Positions 11,932 through 25,612 of a stretch of 64,000 bases of DNA are shown piece after piece. The stretch lies in assembly GCA_021613535.1 (NCBI GenBank), contig CP075496.1, positions 6,510,001 to 6,574,000 on the forward strand, in the 5' to 3' direction. The notes under the pieces are model-generated. The model was given only the letters and a program-made list of their open reading frames with translations. It did not search any database and was not told the origin of the DNA. The position numbers were made by a program, and so were the translations under genes. Numbering within the stretch: the first letter of the stretch is position 1; each line of letters begins with the position of its first letter. This DNA comes from Adineta vaga (taxonomy: Eukaryota; Animalia; Rotifera).

Positions 11932-14593
11932 ATGTCGACCAGCATCAACAGATACCTACGAAAGTCCTAGATGATTTATGCAGGTAAAATTAATGACATG
12001 AATGAAAATTGATGGAATCTATTGATTTTATTTTAGTCGTTTTATTATAAATATTCCTGCTGAACAACGTGAAGATCTTGTTCGTGTCTTATTCGCTGTA
12101 GAATTAGCTCATTGGTTTTTTATTGATTTTTATTGTGAAGATTATAATGATTTACGTGTTTGCAATATTCGAGAATTTGCCCAACAGAGTAAAAATTACA
12201 TTTTAAAAGTAATTGTTGTATTTTTGTTTCTATTTGAAACTTTAGTTTTTCAACATTGTCCATTTTTACGTGATTATGCTTATAATCTCGATCCTATTCT
12301 GTCACGTTGGCGTGGCTATAAATTAAGTGTTCCTACTTATGGAGCCGTTCTACTTGATCCAACTTATGAACATGTTTTACTTGTTCGAGGATTTTATAAT
12401 CGCGAAAGTTGGGGTTTTCCAAAAGGAAAAGTACAAGAAAATGAGAGTCCACTGAAATGTGCTATACGAGAGGTATGTATATATAATTAATATTTTTCTA
12501 AGAGAAATACAAGAAAGAAACTTGTTTTTCCCGTTTTTTTAGGTTATGGAAGAAGTCGGTTTTGATATGAAAGATCGAGCATTTGATGATCAATATTTAG
12601 AACGTGATCTAAATGGACAACTTATCAGATTGTATATTGTTAAACAAGTACCAATGGATACAAAATTTGCAGCTAAAACAAAGAATGAAATAAAAGTAAT
12701 TTTGATGATTTATTTATTTATTTATTGAAATAAAATTATCGTATGTCATTGATTTCAAACTAATTTCTTTCTTTAGGAAATGCGTTGGTTTCGTCTTGCT
12801 GATTTACCTTGTCATCGACGTGATACTACACCTCAGATGACATTGGGACTCAATCCAAAAGCTTTTTTTATGGTTATACCATTCATTAAGTAAGATACAG
12901 ATCAGTTAAATCAGTTTCGCAGAAGATTAACAATATTTTTATTTTTATTTTAGAGATTTACGTCGTTGGATTAATCAAGAACGTGGAATTTATTCTTCAT
13001 CGAATGGTGATTCAGATAATGCGAATGAATATATCAAACGACGTGAACAAGCCCATTTACAGCATCATCAATATACTCAACGACGTCGAACAACAACCTA
13101 TCATGGAGGTGGTACATGTCCACCACCACCTGCTCCTACTCGTCAGCCGACGATTTTACAGAAACTTTTCGGTGTTGATCATCAAACATCTTCGTACAGT
13201 AAGTCAAAGAAAATGATTTGTCACGATGATGAAATTCTATTCTTGATCGATTCAATGAAAATCTATTAAATATGCTAAGAAGTTCTGAGTGACAAATTAA
13301 CTTTACTTTCTATACATTTCAACATGATCTATGTTTTTTCAAGTTCGTGATAATACATCTAATTATGATCAACGAAAAAACTCAAGTAAGATCATTGCTA
13401 ATCTTACAACACAAAGTGCTGATGAACAACAAATATCAACAATAACATCCCAAAAACTACAAACTCAACGTAGTGTACAAGATACAATTCAACGACATTT
13501 TTGTCAAATATTGAAAAATGATTCACTCACTGTTACTGACAATACGTCAATGACGGAAACATTACTCATGCGAGAAAATAGCTCGACTGGCATTGCTCCT
13601 GTATCTACATTAAGTATGTTAGCACGTAGGAGTTAAAAATTGAAATCTATTTCGAACATGATAAGAACTAAGTCCTTGAATGAATCGACCTACACATTAT
13701 TTGAGAGACCTTCGAGATTAATAGACGAACAAAATAGAAACAGATGGATGTAATTTAATGGAGAAATCTATTTGTTTTTCTTAGAATAATTTATTCAAAT
13801 ATTGAATAGAAGTCTGGCTGATTGTTTCTTCCTGGTCGTCTTCTAATGCAAGAAAAGAACAGAGATCTTGAGTTCCATTAATTTCTGTGTCTGCTTTCCG
13901 TATTCTTGTCATTTGCTGGAAAAATATCTCAAGAGAGAATAATGATTAATATTCGTTGCATGATGGATACCTTCAGCAGTAATAGAAAATTGTATACCAA
14001 GAAAAAACGAAGAGAGAAAAAGAAATCTGATCTGTTCGTATATAAACGAATTAATCGAAGCAAAATGTTTTATTTAGATGTAAATCAATTAACACCACCA
14101 ATGTCCAATGATGACGAAAATAAACGTCCAATCACTAGTAAAAATCGCTCAACTAATAAAGAATTCTCGTCACAAAAAGAGAAAAAATCTTTGAACGCAA
14201 CAAGTCAAATTCAATATCGAATTTTACAACGTGGTGAACCAGATGATTCAATTTCTGCGCCGAAAAAATCTCAAATACAAACTGAAGTCAATACTTTAGA
14301 AAATAGTACGAATGCTAAATCTCAACGTAATCGACGTATGTTCAAAAAATTAGAATAATAATCAAAAGATCATGTCAATTTCTTTCTCCTTTGTTCATAT
14401 AGGTCGTACTGATCGACGTGTAAATAATGAAACAAATCGTAAGCAACAAAATCAACAACAACCATTTTCTAATTTAACAAATAATAATTCTTCCAATGGT
14501 TCAAATACTCAAACATTTCGTTATGGTGGTCCACGTTGTTGGACACAATTTCGTTTGAATCGTTCTGAAGTCTTTCGTTGTCTTCGAGAATAA
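11932..14593 (+). CDS. DCP2: mRNA decapping enzyme 2 (Box A plus Nudix domain); start codon ambiguous
   Basis: [30 protein letters not shown] (Box A), [14 protein letters not shown], Nudix box [34 protein letters not shown], and Phe-rich C-terminus [16 protein letters not shown]. Alternative start at 11685 (see findings). Confidence 0.93.
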
Positions 14594-16135
14594 TTCAAGG
14601 AATACTTTCATTTTTACTTTCGTTTCTTTTTCAGTCATTAAGATCGAAGTTCTTCTTTCTATATTCATGTACATAGGACAGTCAAAACTTCTTCTTTTTT
14701 CTCGTTCTCCCTATCTCATAGATGTGCATGTGTATATCGAATGATGGTGTTTGGACACACAACACACTAACTATCTATCTATGTATTTATCTGTATGACT
14801 TTATTTGTTCGTTTCTCTGAATGATCAATTTGTTTTCTTCTTTTTTTTCTCGTTACATTCCCGTTTCGTTTGTCTTCGTCTTCCGATGATCGGTTTTTGT
14901 CCTCTTCTTGTCATATGTCAAAGACAAAACCTGTGTCATATGTGCCAAACTTGATGGTATTACTCAAGTTTTCGTTGGTTTCTCTTTTTTCTTCTATTTG
15001 CATTTAGTTTTGTGCTATATGAAAAGGAAAATGCTGAAGCACGAGCAACAGTTTGTTGTAGTAGTTGTATATCAATCTCATCTCGTTGTTTTTCTTTTCT
15101 CATAGACGACCAAAGCAAATGTGATGAGTGTTCGTCTATGTTTCATCTTGAAATCTTTTTTTCTTGTTCGTCTGTACTCGATAATGGTTTTCTCAGTCTT
15201 TTTGTTCTCTCTCTCACTCTCTTTCCCAACAAACGAATGTGACATGCATACATGTCGTTTTCCTATGTGTATGTGTGATCATCATTAGTGTCTCCTGTCA
15301 TTTTTCGTTTTTTCTGTTTGTTGATCTATATCGATCAGTTCTAAATAAGTGTTTCTGTGTGCATGCGTGCTTTTTTCTTCTTTCTTGTCTCGGCAAATAT
15401 CTATGTATGTCTTTGTGCGTCTATATATATATATATATACATATTATATCAGAAGTAAAATAAACGAACCATCAAGAGAATCATCTTAGCTCACTTATGT
15501 TCAATGTCATTCAAAGATGAATACATATATATATATATATATATACATTCGATCGGAGATAAACGAATAAGTGGAATTACATCATTGAATGAGTGTTTAG
15601 TTTGTCGATGTCAACTTTTGTTGTTTTTTTTTCTTTTGATAATGGTAATTATCAAATAAGAAAAAAAGAAAAGAAAGTTCTTTAGTCGTTTCCTCAATTC
15701 TTTTTTCATATTGCCTTCCATCTGTCTTGCTTGCGCGATTCTATGTCATTAACAAACGAGACAAGTAAATTCGCTTTCTCCGGTTCTTTTGCTTCTTCTT
15801 CTTCTTCTTCTTCTTCTCCTCTCTGTTTCTGTAATTCTTGCTAGCAAAATGAATGACATTTGTGCAAGAATGATGGTAATGGCAAACAAGAAGCTAGTCA
15901 TCTGCACACCCGAGAGAGCAATAGAAAGAGAGAAAGAAAGAAAGAGGGAGAGAAAACTTGAGTCTCTTTCTTAGTAGTCGCTCTTACAGAGAGAGAGAGA
16001 GAGAAAAGAATGTCAAGTCTAATAACGATAACAAAACTCATCATTCATTTTGTCAAATGATTTTGGAATCTTAAACACGCAAATATTATATATATACATA
16101 TCTTAAAACACTCATTTTGTTGAAAACTACATCTA

Positions 16136-17947
16136 ATGGAAGAGCAATTGAGAGACAGTGATACATATCAAAGATTCCTTCGAATGTTGACTAAACAGAA
16201 GGATGATGATGATGATCAGAGCACTACTCTTACAATACAATCATCGAATATAAATAGTATGTATGAAAATTTTGATCGGAAATATTCGTTTTTTTCTAAT
16301 AGATAAAGTTATCGAATCCATGTAGAAGTGCATTGTGTAGTAAAACATTCATTTATCAAGGGATTTTCTCGGATAATTATAGAATTACTTTGTTGATCAG
16401 TTTTTTTCCTTTTTCTCTATCATAAAGATTTATTTTTATCTGATGTGATCCTCTGTTCTACTCTAATATATTCTATCATTAGACGAGCATCCATTCCCAT
16501 TGACAATGTTTGTTGCAATAATTTCATCATTGATGATTGTTGGATTTCTGCTTGGATTAGTTGCTACTCGGTATTTTACATATTTTAAACGACGTCAAAA
16601 TGATTCAAAGAATTTACCTTACAATCTCTCGAATTATGATCGTCGAAAATTTGCATCTACATCTTTCGATAGTCTTACACCATCACCTTCAGTAAAATCC
16701 AATCTTCATGCTAATGCTGAAATTAATGAAACGAGTCGAATCATTAAAAGTTCATTTTCATGGCCTGAAGGAGCCCTACTGCATCATGATCAACAACAAC
16801 AAAAACAGCAGCAAGAAAAAGATGAATGTTTATCAACGATGTCAAATTCATCAACAATGGAACATATTTATGAGCCAGCATCATTAACATTCGCTGTACG
16901 ATGGGATGATAATCTTCGATCATTATTTGTTCGAATTATGAATGCACGAGATCTTCTTGTTTATCGTCGAAATCGCCAATCAATATTGATCGATTCTTAT
17001 GTTCGAATCGAACTTATCTTAACGAAATCTGATCAAACACGAGGTAAATAATCAAATATTTTGAATAATGTTTATTTTTTCTTTGATTTCTAAAGAACCT
17101 TTACAATCCATGCGTACTCATATCATCAAGAAAAATTCTCATCCAATTTATAATGAACTATTTGAATTTTCAAATATTCATTCAACGAATCTTTCTTTAC
17201 TTTTTACAATATTAACATACGATACATTTACGCGAGATGAAATTCTTGGTGAAGTTACATTTCCTATTATTTTACCGGATGGAATAACAACAAATGGTCT
17301 TGAAACAACGGAAACAACATTTACGCAAGATATTATACCACGATATAAACAGGTAAAAAGAAATAGGAATATTTTATCAAAATTGAATTTTCAAACTCAT
17401 CAGTACATTGTATTCACAAAATGTCCTTTGATATATTTAGTTGAGCAATCAACAACTTGGTCAGATGCTTATCTCACTATGTTATCAACCCGTAGATAGT
17501 ACAATAACATTAATTGTTTTAAAAGCATCAAATTTACCACGTATAAGTACGACGAGATTAATTAGTGAGTCATATAGAAAATGATTTCATCGAATAAATG
17601 TCAATAATATTCTATATTTTTTAGATCCTTATTTTAAAATCTATATGTTTTATAAAGGACAACGGATTGTTAAAAAACGAAGTAGTATCAAACGAACAAC
17701 ACAATGTCCTGTTTATAATGAATGTTTTACATTTCATATACCAGAGAATGATCTACAAAACATTTATTTCGATATTATTCTATTTGATTATGATCATCAT
17801 ATGAAACATGAACCAATTGGAATATTTTCAATTGGAAATCATACAAATGAAAGAAATCAACATTGGCATGATGTATGTCATCGACAAATTAGCAAACAAA
17901 TAGCTCAATGGTATGAATTAAAACCATTCAATGTATCGAATTATTGA
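16136..17947 (+). CDS. Synaptotagmin-4/11-like protein (N-terminal TM, C2A, C2B)
   Basis: TM FVAIISSLMIVGFLLGLVA; C2A ..DSYVRI..HPIYNELFEF..TYDTFTRDEILGEV; C2B LGQMLISLCYQP..DPYFKIYMFYKGQRIVKKRSSIKR..PVYNECFTF..IAQWYEL. Exon 1 (16136-16256) splices in phase to 16483. Confidence 0.85.
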
Positions 17948-20900
17948 GAGAACTATTGTTCTTTCTTTCTTTTTTGTATGGATGTCACATATCATCACGA
18001 CTATTATATAGCCAATGATTTACTACGTGTTGTTGTTATTGTCAATATCATTTTATTATCTGATAAATAAATAAATAAATCTCGACGAAGAAGAAGGTGT
18101 ATTGTCATTTATTTTTCGAAAGAATAAGTTCCATAGTTATTTGAAGATCTTTGTTTTGTTTTGTTTTTCTTCAAACTAATATTTATCTTGGTATTCATAG
18201 AATTTTCTGAGAAGACAAATTGACAATTTGGTAAAACGGAAGGATTTTTGTTTCATATCCGTTATGTTAGTAGCCTAACACAGTTGAATTCAATGTATGA
18301 TTTCTATGAAAAATACATTGAAAATAACAGAAAGAAGCATCAAAGAAAGTACTTTTTTGTTAACTTGATTTTACAAAAATTAAAGACGATATATCATATT
18401 ATCTTACTTGAAAGACAACTTATAGATATATCAACAAAGTTTAGTCATCAAATTGATTTCATATCTCTACAAATACGATAGACCATTTGACTATAACCAC
18501 AAATTCTTGATTTCTTCGTACAATTTTCAATTGCCAGATGAAATTACATTGCACTAATCATATCCATCTCTGACTATTCATGTCAGTTTAAAGTCACAGT
18601 TCTATCAAACTAGTATCTTATTTTCCAATGCGTAAAGAAAGACTTTCCAATGTTAGTATTACCAACTCTGTCTGATAGATTCTTTCAATTCTTCGTTAAC
18701 CAATTCTTATGAAAACAATTCTGCAAACGAGTATTGATCGACGACTAAGATTTATTCTTATCATTCGCTGCTAAAAAATCAACAATCTTCAATTGCATCA
18801 ATAAACTTCATGTTAATTCTCTTGTGTGATTAAGATCAAACTCTGCATCGTATATATATTGACATAATCAAATATCGGAAATAAATAAAATATACATTAT
18901 AAAATCTCATCTAGCTAAATTTCTCTTTTTTTCTTCATTTTAAAAATAATCAATGAAACCTCGTAAAATCTAATGATTTTCTAAGAATTAAATAAAAAGA
19001 TTTAATTTTCACTATCATTTCTCATATATCAATTAGATTTTCCAACAAGAATTCAGACATTTAAATCAGTTGATTTGAAAGAAAGTTATTTCCGTACAAT
19101 ATTTCTTTTTCAGTTCTTTAAATCATAAAATAATCATTGACAAACAAAACCAATGTTCACTCAATCATCTTTTCTCGTTTTTTTTTCTTCACCACATATA
19201 TAAATATATATTTGTCCGTTTCGAGCGCCACAATCACTCAGCATCACAATATATATATTCTCCTTTTTTTTTAAGCAAGTGTATATATATGTACACACAC
19301 ACATATATATATTCATTCTTCTTTGTCTTTCTTATTGAATACATCTATCTCGATAAAACTAAAGCTGAAGGTGGAGATTATATTACAAAAATAGCAAATC
19401 TTTTATGAATAAATTACAACAAAAAGAAAAACGGTTAGTTATTTTATAAGACTATATGAGTCTTTCTTCTTTTTTTTTTCTTTTCTCAGATTTTTTTCTT
19501 GTATTATGTCTGTCTTATTTAACATTCGTCGTCAGTAACAGAAACATCGTCGTCATCGGGTTTGTTGTTTTTATTACCTATTCCTTTAAAAAACTTTCGT
19601 CGTCTTTTTTTTGTGATAATATTCTTATACAATGAACGATTGGAAGATTGATCTTATTTTACCAATGGATCGATGCCCTTGACCTCGACCTTTTCTCTGA
19701 TCATTATAACCTTTTTTTTTATAGTAAAGAAAGAAACGACACGATTGAATATGTGTATTATAGAAATGACCATTACCACCTGTTCAATAAAAAGTAATTA
19801 TTCAAAGAGAAAAGAGATTCTGTTCAGAGAAACAGAGAAAATAATTATTGATGATAGTGTTAAGTTGATCGTGATTTGTATTAATTATTTATTCGAACTT
19901 TTCCTTCTATTTTGTTTTGTTTACGATTATGTTGATTAAAAGACATTCATATGTTATTTCATGACTTTAAATTTATAATTGTATTGTCTTTCTTTCATTC
20001 GCTCTTCTTATTCTTAACCGACGTATCTTGTCCTTCGAATCGACTTGCGATTTTCACATTTTTTTTCTTCGTCCCGTTGTGTGATTTTCATGTGTACAAA
20101 AGAGACTGAGAGATTGTGTACGTATGTCTGCTGTTGACTATTTGCACAATTACATTCGCTCGTTCTTAGGTGCAATGTGTTCAAATGCATTTTATCGTTT
20201 GAAAGTAAAATGACAGGAAGAATATTTGTAATTTTTTTTTCTCTTATTCCTTGAATATATTTCTCTTTTAAAAAAAAACATCGACTGATGCATTGAGTAC
20301 ATATGCATGATATCGATATTAGACCAAACACTATTGTTGCGAATGAAGAGAAGAGAGTAGGATAAAATGTAAAGAGAGAAATGACGACTTATTTATTTGT
20401 TTACGAATAGAGCGCTGCGACCGCCTACTCTTAATGACATTCTCTGCAAAAAAATGCGAAGGAGAATAGTGGAGAGATGAAAAATAGAATATGGTTGAGT
20501 CGCCGCCATAGTGTGTATGTTGTTCGAGGAAGGTTAGTTAAAGCATAAATGTATAGTTCTTTCTCTATGGTTGTGTGTGTCGACGTCTCTTTTTCCTTCT
20601 TCTTTTTTTCTTTATCGCGAGCGTCCATGTTTGTCTTCACTGCTTCAATGGATGATTGTTGGATTCGTTGTTCGCATCATCAACATCATGTACATATGCA
20701 TCTTCAACTGAGCTAGACAAGAAAAAAATCTGGACATTGAACTATTTCACTTTTTTTTCTCGTTCTCTCATTTCTTCTTCTTTTTTTCTCTCTTCTCGAA
20801 CTTGTTCATATTTGTCACTACCTATATTTAGAAAAGTAATCACATAAGATATTCGATAAAGCGAGATATTACGATCGACATACTCTCTTTCAATGATAGA

Positions 20901-21577
20901 ATATTGACAATATCATTAAATTGAATTTTTCTTTTTTTGAATTCAATATAAATTTGATTTGATAGGTTGATTGAAAGTTATGTTATTGCATAAGCGTCTC
21001 ATTCAAATAGATTCTATAATACGCTGAATAACGGCGATGGCGATAAAACATCAACCCTTCCCATCAACAAAAAAAATAGAAGAATGGAAAAAAAACTGGA
21101 ATATAAGGGTAAGTCGTGTTCGTCGAGCAAAATGAGAGAGAGAGAGTAGACACATGATAGCGATGAATAACCCTTTTCCGCTACGTCCAACACTGCCGGT
21201 AAACAAAACACATCAACATGTATAGGATGGAATTGCATGAAGACGCGAAGGTTCTTTTCCTCACCTGTCTCTTCGTCATTTACACTGTGCGCTCTTATTA
21301 TTATTATTGTTGTTGTTGTTATTATTGTTCTTTTTTTATTCTTCGTCAGTTCTTTTACTTCCATTTCTCAAACAATTCGGTGCATTGAATATTGTATTTA
21401 CTCACATATGTCATTCATTTGATAGAGTTGTTTCTCTATCAATCATGTATTCAGTTTACTTCTATTTTTCCCTCTTTCTCTCTCTCAATTCTAGATACCT
21501 ATCATATTGTCAATCAAATCATTCATATACATACAAATATATATATATATATCTATATATAAATAGAAAATCTTATA

Positions 21578-24300
21578 ATGATATCAAATAATGGCCTGAA
21601 ACGTAAATCATCATCATTATCATTAGATAATAGTAATGTCACAACAACACCTCATCAAAATCCAATATCAACATTAACAAAACGATTCCGTACTAATGCT
21701 TATGACGAGTAAGTTAAAAAATAAATAAAAAATGAGAAACATTGCGGGCGAGTTGCCCGCTGCCTTATTCGTTCGTTCAGTCATCATCCTATATTTCTCC
21801 TTCTTTTTCTATCCGAATATGATGATTGTCGTGGTAACGTTCAATTGGACGTCCTCGTCGACGACGTTTGTAGTGGCGTTCCACCATCACCCTCACACCA
21901 GATAGATATTTTCATCCCTTCTTTTTCTTCGTTTTTCTTTCTTTTCTCTCTTCTTGTTTCTCGTCCCACCTTCCGCCATTCACTGCTTCCGAACATTAAA
22001 TCGAACCTCGCCACCGTTGTTACTTACTCGTCGTATACATCTTGTTTCGTTCTTTTTCTTTTCCTTTATCCTGAACGAACAAAAATAACAAATAACAACA
22101 ATATTAACAACAATGATCATCATTCTCTTTCATTGAAATGAATTCATCGAGTATTTTGTCTTTCAGAAAAATCAATCAGAATGAACATCGAATGTCATTG
22201 TTGTCAACAAAAATTAAAAATGAACATGATTCGAAAAAGATGACAATTACTAACGGTGAACAAAGAAATACTTTTAAACGATTAGATGAATCTGAAATGA
22301 CTCCAACAATGCTCGTTGAATATCGTCGACTTCAACATGAATTACAATGTCAAGAAGCTCTTCTTGTGCTTATGCAAAAACTAAAAGCAAACCAACGGCT
22401 AGCATCACAAACTAATAATAACACTAGTAATGGTATAAAACAACGATCATCAACAGGAATCCCATCGACGGCTACAAAATTAAATCAGCAATTACCGAAT
22501 TCAGATGGAAAAACTCCAATTACAGCAACAAAACAACAATCTGTAGATACTTCTTGGTTTAAAAATAAAACTATTCTTTTTTCGTTTGTTTTAGAATATT
22601 TCGAATCGATCAACACCAACAAAAACACCACATCCTAATCAATATACAGTTAATCGTTCGAATAATAATGCACAAATTTCACAACAACAATCATCAAAAC
22701 ATTCTCTATCAACACCTCAGGCAACACGTCAGTCAAATAATACTACAAATAATAATAGTACGTTGCCAGCAGCCGCAACGCGTATATCATCGACAGTACC
22801 AACATCGGCGACGAAAAATTCTTCGGTGACATCAAATACAAGCAGTTTATCAAAAAGTATATTTCCGATACAAATCAGATTTCAAAATAAATCAGTCAGA
22901 GAAGGAATTTTCAAATACTTCTTTTACCGATATAAAGTTGATGTTTTCCAACTCCTTTTTTACTAGCTGACTACGAAAATGATTGTCAGATGAGACGGTT
23001 ATCCTATAAATTTGTTTATAGTATGAAAAGATGATTCAATAGAATCTGAGATGACTATTACAAGCTCGTTCTCCTATCAACTCTGATTCACGTGTCTGAA
23101 AAGTAATAGAGTATATATAATTTTTAAAAGAGTCAATGAGCTGATGAATTTACTTTATCCGTTCGACACATAGATTCATACAAATGTAGTTTCTATACCT
23201 TATTGCACTTTATAGATACGATCCATTTGATATATTTATTTTTCATAGGTAATGGTATTGCTGCTGAACAACATTTATTAAATGCAAAATTAGCATTACG
23301 TAAACAACTTGAACAAACTTTATTACAAATTCCAACACCTAAACCGTCCACATGTGATTTAACATTTATTCCTGGTGTTAATGGTTGGTCTGAATTTCTT
23401 GCTTATCTTGGTCTCGAACAAGCAATTAATACTTATACAGATATTGTTATACGTCGTGCTCCACCAGATTTTACAATGACTCTACCACATGTATGTGCCC
23501 AATGTGGTACAGATTGGACTGTCACATGGCATGAAGTCGTATCAACTAATGAGACAAATTCCGATGAAAAAATTCTTTGTGATCGTTGTTCGAAATCATC
23601 ACAAAAGAAATTACTTAAACAAGATCATTCAAATCGTTTACGACAAGCATTTATCAAAGCATTACAACAAGAAAAAGAACTTGATGCAAAATTTCAACAT
23701 CAAACACCTCCATCATCAACATCCACTACACCCACTACAAATTCATCAACAGCAATTAAACAATCGTCATCTTCTCATCAACATAGTAAACATTCGACTA
23801 AATCACTATCGACTAAAACAAGTTCAAATCATCATTCTCATCATCATAATAATAATAGTTCACATAATAATAATAATAATAATAATCATCATCATCATCA
23901 TTCGCATTCGCATCATCATCATCATGGTGGGAAAAGTCATAATAGTTCATCGAAAAGTCATAGTAGTTCGTCGAAAAGTCATAGTACAAATCTTTCAACA
24001 TTAGCACCATCACCTGCTGAAACATTAGCATCAACTTTAGCTGCTTTACAAACAAATGAGCAAATGGAATTTTTTCAAAAACATTTCCTTTCCAACATGC
24101 TTCCATATGCTGTTGCTAATCAAGCAGCAGCACTTGCAGCAAAATCGAGTCATCAACAACAACAACAACAAGCAGCTTTAGCCGCCTTACCCGCTATGGC
24201 TGCTTCACTTATGCGCCAACCTAATCCAGCTCAATATTTACTCGATATGATCCCACAAGCAGCTAAACAACAGCATCATCATCATCATCATTCGAAATGA
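21578..24300 (+). CDS. GATAD2: Transcriptional repressor p66 / GATAD2 (NuRD subunit)
   Basis: CR1 coiled coil RRLQHELQCQEALLVLMQKLKANQ; CR2 AKLALRKQLEQTLLQIPTPKP..FIP..EFLAYLGLE; GATA-type finger CAQCGTDWTVTW..LCDRC; RLRQAFIKALQQEKE. Four exons join in phase. Confidence 0.92.
23828..23990 (+). repeat. Coding low-complexity (CAT)n/(AAT)n tract plus short KSHxSSS repeats in GATAD2
   Basis: Encodes poly-His/poly-Asn and GKSHNSSSKSHSSSSKSHST. Confidence 0.85.
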
Positions 24301-25612
24301 TTTCTTCTTTTGTATAGTTTCTCTTTTCTCGTCGCTTGAAGTCATAACGAAGAAGAAGAAGAAGAAGCAGATCTTCTGTTGTTTCTGTTTCTGTTTCTCT
24401 CTCTCACTTGTTGTATGTGTGTAGACTGCAATATGATTTTATCTTTATTTGTTTATTGCGACATTCTTTACAATTTTCTTGTGTATAAAAAAAACAAAGA
24501 TCAAGATTATTTCGATAAAGAAAGTGTTCTTTTCTTTTTGTTTTGATAATTATTGAATATTTTTTTGTTTGCAAAAATCGAATTAGAAAAGATATGTTTT
24601 TCCTTTTTCTTTTTCGTCGCACTGTTCGTGTTGCTGTTCTGTTTACTTTCATTTTCAAACCTCCAAATATTTCAATTTTGATCTCAATCATGGCAGTGCC
24701 ATGAAAGGAAAGATTCAGTTTTTGAAAACACTTGCTTCTTTGTGTTGTTGGCTTTTTTCTCATTTTTGAAATGAAATTTATGAAAAGAAATAAATATCTG
24801 AAAGAGAAAAGGATAATACTATCGATTGTCATTTTCGAATATGTACAAACATTTTGATCTTTTTCTATTTTCTATCAAAATTCAATTGAATATACGTTGT
24901 ATTAGAAACACAAAAAGTGATAACTATCGAACAGTGATGCACATGTGTTCGTATATGCAAAAAGGTTATCATAACAAAAGAGACTAAAATGAAGTGTTTA
25001 CTACTATTTAGGAATAGTGAAATGTTTTTATAAGCAAGAAGAAATTAACAGTCGTGATTCCTTTGTGGAAAGTGTGTGTATCACTAATTCGTTAGCGTCT
25101 ATTCCCTTCTCGACTGGTGTATGTATGTCTATGTTTCATATTGAACTAATTATCGAAGTTTGTTATAGCAGTTAATATGGTGTATGTTTCATATCGTCTG
25201 ACATGTTGCAGTTTGAATTAAGTGAAAGCTTCTGGCACAAGTCTCTATGTTTCGAATAAAATGAATAAAATCTTCTTTGTCTCTACTGTTTTTCTGTTTA
25301 TCTACGTCATCTGTACTAATTTTGAATAGATGGAGTAATGTGACAGAAACTATTTCTAAATGGTTACCACTCTTTACCACAATGAAAACAATGATGTATT
25401 CACGTTTTTTCTTTTCTCGTGCTGTGTTGTGATTGTGATATATTGAAACGAAATATTAAATACGGAAATTAATAATTATTATGATGGCTCTAGAATTGAA
25501 TCTTTGTTGTTGAGTTGTTTTATAGATTGATAAGAAAAGCTATGCTGTTTGATCGACAATTATAAATAGAATTTCGATCATTTTCATGCTTTTATTTTAG
25601 ATCATTGAAAAA

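Noticed and set aside
14908-15974. Hydrophobic ORFs, including a poly-Leu 'signal peptide' at 15789
   Set aside because: They come from T-rich 3'UTR and (CTT)n/(GA)n microsatellites.
18248-18780. Possible decayed coding remnant
   Set aside because: Mildly protein-like but with many stops and no identifiable motif.
21744-21760. GC hairpin gcgggcg-agt-tgcccgc in GATAD2 intron 1
   Set aside because: The 7-bp stem is too short to support an ncRNA call without conservation data.
23489-24106. Overlapping 171-aa and 97-aa ORFs
   Set aside because: Alternate-frame shadows of GATAD2 trinucleotide repeats.
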